DNA of 64,000 nucleotides from Eledone cirrhosa (Eukaryota). Location of the stretch: positions 4,588,001 through 4,652,000 of the forward strand of contig OZ024746.1 in assembly GCA_964016885.1 (NCBI GenBank). The letters run 5' to 3'. Made by a program: the position numbers and the translations under genes. The notes below the pieces were generated by a model, which worked only from the letters and a program-made list of their open reading frames with translations, was not told the DNA's origin and did not search any database. This document shows, one piece after another, positions 56,311 through 64,000 of this stretch (positions are counted from its first letter, which is position 1; every line of letters begins with the position of its first letter).

Positions 56311-58888
56311 TATTAAGGATGTGCTCAATCGCAGAAATGTTATAAAGATAGCTCATAAAATAAGGTCAAGACTCTTAAAAGACGGAAACAGGAGTTGTCA
56401 TTGATCGGAGACCAGGAAAGAATTAGCACTGGTTGTTTTTATATCAAATTTAAGATTATTCTGGAAGGGGTTTATGTTTTCTAAAATTTAACATTATTCA
56501 CTACTTGTATCAAGTTAGTTTCAGTAGCTTAAAAATCCTTTTATATTAGACGAGGTCTGGCTCTTCCTCTTATGCTGTAGGGCTTAATCGTGGTGGGGAT
56601 ATTATTAATGTCGAAAGTTTTCATCGACCTGTTAGAAATAGCAGCCAACTCCCCAGTCATAAAATAGAAATGACACATTGAGCATCGCTGTTCTAGATTT
56701 AATAGTCTTGGCTGATCACATTTGGTCATAGTTGTGCTTAGTTGGGGTAGACCTGGGGTTACACAACAACAACAATAATATTGCTAGACAAAACAAAAAT
56801 TATAATTCATTACATTCATAAATGACAGACACTTTTGCCCCTTATAAATAGTGTTTATTTCATAAATATTTGATGGGTGAAGGATAAATATGTCAGCGCC
56901 AAAATTTGAATTCAGAACATAGCTAAATATCGCTTCTGCCACTCTATAAATTAGTAAAGATAGGCTTGATCGATTTAATTAAGCCGAGTTTATTAGAGAA
57001 ATGTGTTTTGTTAACCTTAAAGGATTAAATGATCAAGTCAATTTGTACTCAGTGCGTAAAGAGGCATAACTAAATGATTCTTAAATTTAACCCAAAGCAC
57101 ACAATTTGAGGGTAGCAAAACATTTTATCTAATCCATATCAGTAATTGATTGAACCTTAATTTATCGATTCTGGAAGAATTATCGATAAAATAAATCTTA
57201 GTTAAGTTCTGAAGCCCGATTGAAATTTTGGATCAAAACCTAAAACTGCATAATTAAATGCCGCATGTCAATCGGTCTGTCGAACTTGCAGTCCATTGCC
57301 TTCAGATAAATAAACAGAATCATGATTCAATGTTAGTTACTACAATGGTTTTGAAATAAGTGATGAAGAAATATTTGGACTTCAGGATTCTTCTAAGTAA
57401 ACTATATACAGAAGACTGGTTATATTACTTCAATAATATTAGTCAAAGAAATATCTGCTAAAGAGTTACTATATGCAGTGGATTGATTAAATGACACAGC
57501 TTAAATCCTAAACACTATGATTCCTTGAAATAAACATCAGAAAATATTATTATATAAATATTATTGTCCTTATTTTATTGTCGATATTCGATGCAAAACC
57601 ATTTCTTTCTAATGATTTTTTTTTCCTTCGGTCATTTATTTTACCATTTCCTGTCTATCCGACTTACTCTCTCAAACAAAACAACTTCCGTGAATTTAGT
57701 TTACATCTAAAGATGGTGGAATACATTAGCAACACCAAATTGGCAAGCGATAAACTTCACTGAACATTTACGCTCCATTTCATCAACAGCATATAACTTC
57801 TCTCTGAATTGGATAAAGAGAAGGAGAGTGGCAGTTGTCCCCCAAAGGATACGGACCCAAATCAAGTTGATAGAATTTATTGCATGATTATTTCAAAGAC
57901 ATCAAAAACAAAATCGATACAGCCAATAAATTGCAACCAGTTAACTATGTCGTCACAGTATGTGTTTTGTTGCAATTTTATACGGGATTGTTGCAGCAGC
58001 TGAAAACATATAATGCACATGGTTAAAATTAGACATTTTAACTGCAGCATTCAATGTACTGCAGTTTAAAACAACTGTTGAAACAGTCACATATAAATAT
58101 TGAATATTTATGTAGATGCATGTTGTGTATATTTGCGTAGATATGTTTGTGTGTATGTTGTTTTAAATTGGCTGTTTGTAGTTGGCTGTTTGTGAATTTC
58201 GGGGTTATATATATTTCGTTTGGGTTGTAAATATAGAGATATTATCGTATGCATTTCTTTTTGTAAATACTTGGTTATTAATAATGTAAATATCATTAGA
58301 AATGAGAATATTAGATATTTCTATTAGTATTTCCTTGTTTAAAAGCATGTTTAAATACGAAAGTGCATTACTTTCATCTATTTGAGATTGTGACCTTTTG
58401 CAAGTTTCGTCCATTTGTGTTTCTCAGTACAACACTGCAACATATTTGACAGGATCCACTCTTTAACTGTTCCATGGAATCTTCACAAAGGTCCATAAAT
58501 ACTAAAGACGATGTGGCCTTTGTTCCATTTATGCCGACGACTATTTGAGAATATTTTGTTCGGAGAATTAACATGTGGTTGGAATGTTTCAGGAAAGAAT
58601 CGTTGGACAGATTTGACGGGAAAAGACCAGCCGGCAGGAAACCCAAAGGTAGTCCCACCCCGAATAAGATGGTTGGATAACATCCATGAGCTTGGTTAGT
58701 CTCACTTAGAGATCCAGCAGGGTCAGTTCGAGATAGTTGCTTCTGACATGACCGTTGGAGGGTGTTTGAAGACCCTGCCTCCACGGCTCTCAGAAGAAAT
58801 TAATTTAGGATCAACGAAATAAATACATATCAGCAACACTATCTTATTTTAACCAACATTAATATTAATAGAAAAAAAAAATGAAAGC

Positions 58889-58960
58889 CTCCCCGGCGGG
58901 GAATCGAACCCCGGTCTCCCGCGTGACAGGCGGGGATACTTACCACTATACTACCGAGGA
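58889..58960 (-). tRNA. trnD-GUC: tRNA-Asp (GTC)
   Basis: TCCTCGGTAGTATAGTGGTAAGTATCCCCGCCTGTCACGCGGGAGACCGGGGTTCGATTCCCCGCCGGGGAG, 72 nt, canonical eukaryotic Asp; oligo-T terminator downstream. Confidence 0.97.
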
Positions 58961-60199
58961 TCAGCTGTACTCAGCATTTATTTTAGCTGTTTTGTTCAGC
59001 TTCTGACGATTAATTCAGTGAGTTGTTTACTGCTGGTTTTATCAGCGAATAATAAGCATGGATAGCATTCTCTATATCTCTCGTCCTTGTCACCAGTAGT
59101 ATGGCTGTATGTGTGTGTGTGTGTGTATCTGTATATGTATGTAGGTAGATATGTATGTGTGTATCTGTGTATGTGTGTATGTAGATAGGTATGTATGTGT
59201 GTATAGATATGTATGTGTGTATGTGTCTCAGTAGATACCGATGATGTTGATCTTTTCTTCTTTTCGGGTTATAGCTACTGTCGCTCAGAGAGTGGGATTG
59301 GCTCAGTGCACAGTCTTTCCTCACTTTAAAAAATATCTTCCCGCACAGGTATTGCACGATAGAATTAATTAATAATTATTAATAATGGTATATCGTGCAA
59401 TGGCCATACTCGATAACGAGGGGGCAGCCATCATCATCATGTGTATCTGTATGTATGTGTATTCATGTGTATTAATTATTTATATTTATTGGCTAAAATA
59501 TATGAATAACTTTTTAATAAACATATATTTTGATTGTATTAGTGACGGCGAGTTGACAAAATAACTTGTGGTGTTTGTTACAGCCCTCTGCACTCTCATA
59601 GCAAACTCCAACTTGTCAAGTTTACCTGTCATCTTTTCGGAGTTGATATAATAAAGTACAAGTCAGGGACAGTGGATTGACTGAATTATCAAAACCTCGG
59701 TATTTGTTGTGGTGGGGAGACTTAAGGCTTTGCCCGGTTTAAAACAGCCAACTAGTTTTGGGGTGTTTCTAGCGGTGTTCCAGTCTACGGTTTGAGAATA
59801 CAGTCTTCCTATTAGTCAAGGAGCCGCTGAAAGTGTGTGAGCCATAGGCGCTACTTTTCTCTTCGTGACCTAACGGTAAAAAAGTGCCATATTTTACAAA
59901 TAAACCTGCACTGAAGTCTACAGTGAATAAAAACGTGAACAGTAACCTTGGATGAACAAAGCCGTCTCCACAAGACGACATCAACTTAGTATTGAAGGAT
60001 CGCATATAACCTCTCAATAAAATAACATTACAGACAATAAATCAATTGACAGTTGTATAAATAACATTACAAATATTGATGGAACTATGAAAGAAAAAGA
60101 AAAAGAAAAAAGGGATAAAAACAAAACCAAGCAACGAACAGGGAGGGAAGGAGTAAAGAAGGGCAGATCTGACTGTGTAGGAAAGTAGGGGAAAGGGCT

Positions 60200-60320
60200 A
60201 TAAATGCTGCTGACGATCCGATTTTACGGAGGAGCTCGGCAATGTGGAATCCGAGGACGTTTGAGGTCCCGATGGTGACCGGTGTGAAGTGGAAGCGGCC
60301 GGAGAAACCCCAGTATTTGC
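60200..60320 (-). pseudogene. third CRE-like RLE remnant
   Basis: KYWGFSGRFHFTPVTIGTSNVLGFHIAELLRKIG (cf. KY....F.FVPVA.ET.G..G). Confidence 0.5.
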
Positions 60321-62879
60321 TCTCAACTATACAGTGCTCCCACTGTTTATCACAATGAACTCTATCATTTTATGGTACTAATTAATTGCTTCTACTTTTG
60401 GCACAAGGCCAGCAATTATCCCAGTGTATTACTGATACTTTATTTTATCGACCCCGTAAGGATGAAAGGCAAAGTTAACCTCGGCGGGATTTAAACTCAG
60501 ATCGTAAAGGGACGTAACTCTATGCTGAAAATCATGGCGTCCGACCCTTTACCGATACTGCCAATCCACCGCCCTATGGTACTTATTAATGACAATGTGA
60601 AAGTGGTGTGTTTAGTTGTGACAATAACTATTTATTGACATGATTATTCTGTAAGGTTTGTTTTAATCATGAATTAATCAAGAGGTCGGCACATTGATGG
60701 AATTGTTAGAGCATCGAACAAAATGCTTTGCAGCATTTAGTTACAGCCCTTCACATTTTAAGTTCAGATCCCACCGAGGTCAACTTTTCCTTCCATCCTT
60801 CCGGGATCGGTAAAATAACGCATCAGTCTGGTACTGGAGTCGAGATAAGCGATTTTCTCCTCCCCTGACCCCCGCAAATTGTTGGCTTCGTGCCTTAATT
60901 AGAGATGATTATGATTTAGTAAGGAGAAGAAGGGCAACACCCATGATCTATATATATGGGCCTCCTTAGTGCAGAGAGGGATGAAGGAAGTTGTTCTTAA
61001 ACCAGAGAGCTGGCCCGAATGTTTGAAAGAGAGTAGGTTCCGGTTAAGGCCCACAATTTCTGGTATTAAACCAAGCGATGGTTGTCTACCACCCAAGAAC
61101 AGGAACGATCTCTGTGATAATGGGCTTCCACAGTTTCCGTTTACCAAATGTTGTCTACTCTTGGGTCCCAAATAATGAGGCGGGGGTGCAGGGAAGCGGT
61201 AATTTTTCGAGGTTGTCTTCGTTGTTTGTTTTTTAAAACCAGAATTAGTCGTTTAGTTTACATATTGAGACCCCAACCCATCCTATTTATTTTATAACAC
61301 ATGGATTTCGAGTAATGTTCTTGTCTTGTCATGTATATTTTTTAATGTATAAAGAAAATTAATTGTCGCAGGAATGCTACCAATTAAAATAAAGTTTCGC
61401 CGGAGATAGATTAGCAATATGTAATAAGTATTTGTGTGGGTGGGGTTGATACCATCAATTTGGACAACACGTAATTGTAATATGTACTTCTGAAACTCCC
61501 ACAAAGTACAGGAATAATTCTTAGCTATGAAACAAATCTCTGTCAACCATAACTTTATTGAGTTACATGCTAAACTTTTTAACAGTCTTCCATATTTCTG
61601 AGTCACAGATTAAATTAGTAAACTGTATGTTAAATTCCTTTGTTTTGTCGGAAATCTTTTCAAGATTATTGTTTAAATGTTTAGTAATGAAATTAAGTGA
61701 GCCAATGACTTGCAAATATAAACTTGAATCTATTAATCATGGAATAGAAGTTGTTTCGAAATAATTGCTCATAAATATTCTCTTTCTCGCTGATTTTCGA
61801 TGAGATGTCCATATCCCATTGGGCAGCTGAATTCAACAACAATACATACATACACACATACACATACACACACACATCTTCCCCCCACACCCACAGGCCG
61901 ATAAAATTCGAGTTTTCAGTAAAACTTGGAATGTTAAAATATATTTTCTAGATCGCTCTCGACCTCAACAAGTTTTAGTATTTTACACACTTTTGTAAAC
62001 CATAGAAAATCCTTTAGCATTAACTAATGAGTTTATTAAAGATTTCGTTAAATATGGATAATTTTTATTTAATGACTTTTAGGATACCATTATAGATTTT
62101 GCCCTAAACACATGTGAAAGACGTATGTAAATATGTTAAAATATTTTGTGAAAGACAAATAAACAAATTCGGTTACGAATAATAGTATTCTTTATATGGT
62201 AGGCAAAAATGTTGGTTTTGTAAAGCAATTTAAAGAAGTTGCTGTTGAACTGGTGCATTATTTAACGTATTATGTATGCATCAAGGAGTACTGTGCACAA
62301 AATGTACCGCACGCAAGTTCTGTGGACAAAAGCAGGTTTTAAAGATTCCATGGCTATAATGAGAGTTTCTACAAAGATAGTCTATTTGATATCTATCAGT
62401 GTTTTGTATAAATGGGGACTCTATTTTTAAATAATGTCGAATCAGTTTACCATATTACCAATTGGTGAGTGATTAAATGTACAGTTTGTACATACGAAGA
62501 TATGGGACACGATTTCCTCTTTTAAATAAATTCTTCTTCGCCCACTTTTACCTAAATATACTGAACAATTCTTCCTTTTCCCTAGCAGTTTTGGATTCCG
62601 ATCCATCCTAGATCTCACACATCCCCTCTTACTATCACGTAAACCACACAAATAAATCCCCTCTCCCTAATACAAATCTCTCGACCCTTATCTATAGTTC
62701 ATCTTGGTGTCTACACACGTATAGGTTCCATTTTCTCCCACTTTACCTCGCGTTATATACATTTATCTTTCGTACCTATCTCTTTTTCACCATCCAAACC
62801 ATCCTTTCCAGACCATCCCAGCACCTACCCGATCGTCTGGTCACTGCCTCATCGTAATTACCCACCACACATCTACAAA

Positions 62880-63180
62880 CTAAAAATAAACATGCCACCC
62901 GCCTCCCCCGGACTCGATGGCACATCTAGGAAATTATTTAGTAACAGCTCCGAAATGTCTGTATTAATATGCCTGGCTGTACATATAGTTTATCCTTGAT
63001 CCATTAGATATAGCTAAATCGTTATGTCCCTTCACATCCCCAGTAGTCAAAACTTGCAGCTTTAAATCCCACAAGGGATCCATCCATTCATAGCTCTACT
63101 GCGATTCCTGGGACATTCTTCAGGCAAAAAATACAGCAGACATTTCTTAGAAACAGTCACTCATCTCTAAAGCAACTGCT
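62880..63180 (+). pseudogene. possible old LINE RT N-terminal remnant
   Basis: SPGLDG motif and a degenerate PFIALL segment. Confidence 0.3.
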
Positions 63181-63264
63181 TTAGATATATATAAGGATGT
63201 CAAAATTAAATATACTACTGGAGGTGGTATTTTCACTTTATCAATGAAAATAAAAATAAGCAGC

Positions 63265-63336
63265 CTCCCCGGCGGGGAATCGAACCCCGGTCTCCCGCGT
63301 GACAGGCGGGGATACTTACCACTATACTACCGAGGA
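63265..63336 (-). tRNA. trnD-GUC: tRNA-Asp (GTC), identical to 58889-58960
   Basis: Same 72-nt sequence; T5 terminator about 9 nt downstream. Confidence 0.97.
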
Positions 63337-64000
63337 CTGACTTGCTTCTGAACTGAATTTAGTAGTTTTGATTAGGGACTGAAGATTAGCTGCTACAGTG
63401 TGCTATTTACTATGTTATCTTTCTAGTTTACGTCTACACCATCACTGCCTTCTATGATATTTCTAATTATATCTAGGAGGCGCGTGGCCTAGTGATAAGG
63501 GTGTTCGACTTACGATCACAATGTTGTGAGTTCAATTCCTGGGTTGGGTTGTGCGTTGTGTTATTGAGCAAAACTCTTCATTTCATGTTGCTCCAGTATA
63601 CTCAGCTGGAAATAAGTACCAACTGCGGGGGTTGACCCTGCGATGGACTAGTGTCCTAATGAGCTTTCTAGCTTGAGACAGACCTTAAACTTAGATATCT
63701 TAGGGCGCTAGTTAGAAAATATTAAACCAAATCCAGGACTTAGCGATCTTTCAGTTTTACCTTTTCATCCAGCTAGCACCATTTCGTTTTGCAGTCTGGA
63801 CCTAAGTAATAGCATTTATTAACTTTTTAAAATCTAATTCGAAGAGAGGCAAAGGCAAAAACTTGTGGTAAAGAGAAAACTAATAGTGAATAGAAATCAT
63901 AATTCTCCAACATATTAGGGGGCTGAAAATTCCTGGCTTGATCACTGCTACAGAGGCCAAGTTGGAGGCACAAACATCCGAGTTCTTTTTACAGGGCTTA

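Overview
AT-rich, microsatellite-saturated eukaryotic (animal) genomic DNA with no recognisable host protein-coding exon. The repeat families resemble those I recall from octopod cephalopods (inference, not checked). Almost all long ORFs in the track are microsatellite or minisatellite artefacts. The real content is: two identical tRNA-Asp(GTC) genes; about 20 copies of a tRNA-derived SINE with an (ATT)n tail, plus a CORE-type SINE; decayed non-LTR retrotransposons (R4/Dong, CRE-like RLE, CR1-group, RTE); mariner, piggyBac-like and hAT-like non-autonomous DNA elements; three minisatellites; and one 200-N gap. The main hidden signal is a dense set of type I hammerhead ribozyme (HHR) motifs from at least 6-7 unrelated short element families sitting beside (TA)n/(CA)n/(GA)n tracts. 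About 6 motifs have intact cores and about 9 are truncated or degenerate. Many lie in short head-to-head inverted duplications whose junctions fall inside the ribozyme. They most likely derive from the pseudo-LTRs of Penelope-like elements (PLEs) or from ORF-less retrozyme-like derivatives. A 71-nt tRNA-like cloverleaf with a GGA anticodon, enclosed by 26-bp inverted repeats, lies next to the best HHR element. All folds were done by eye.
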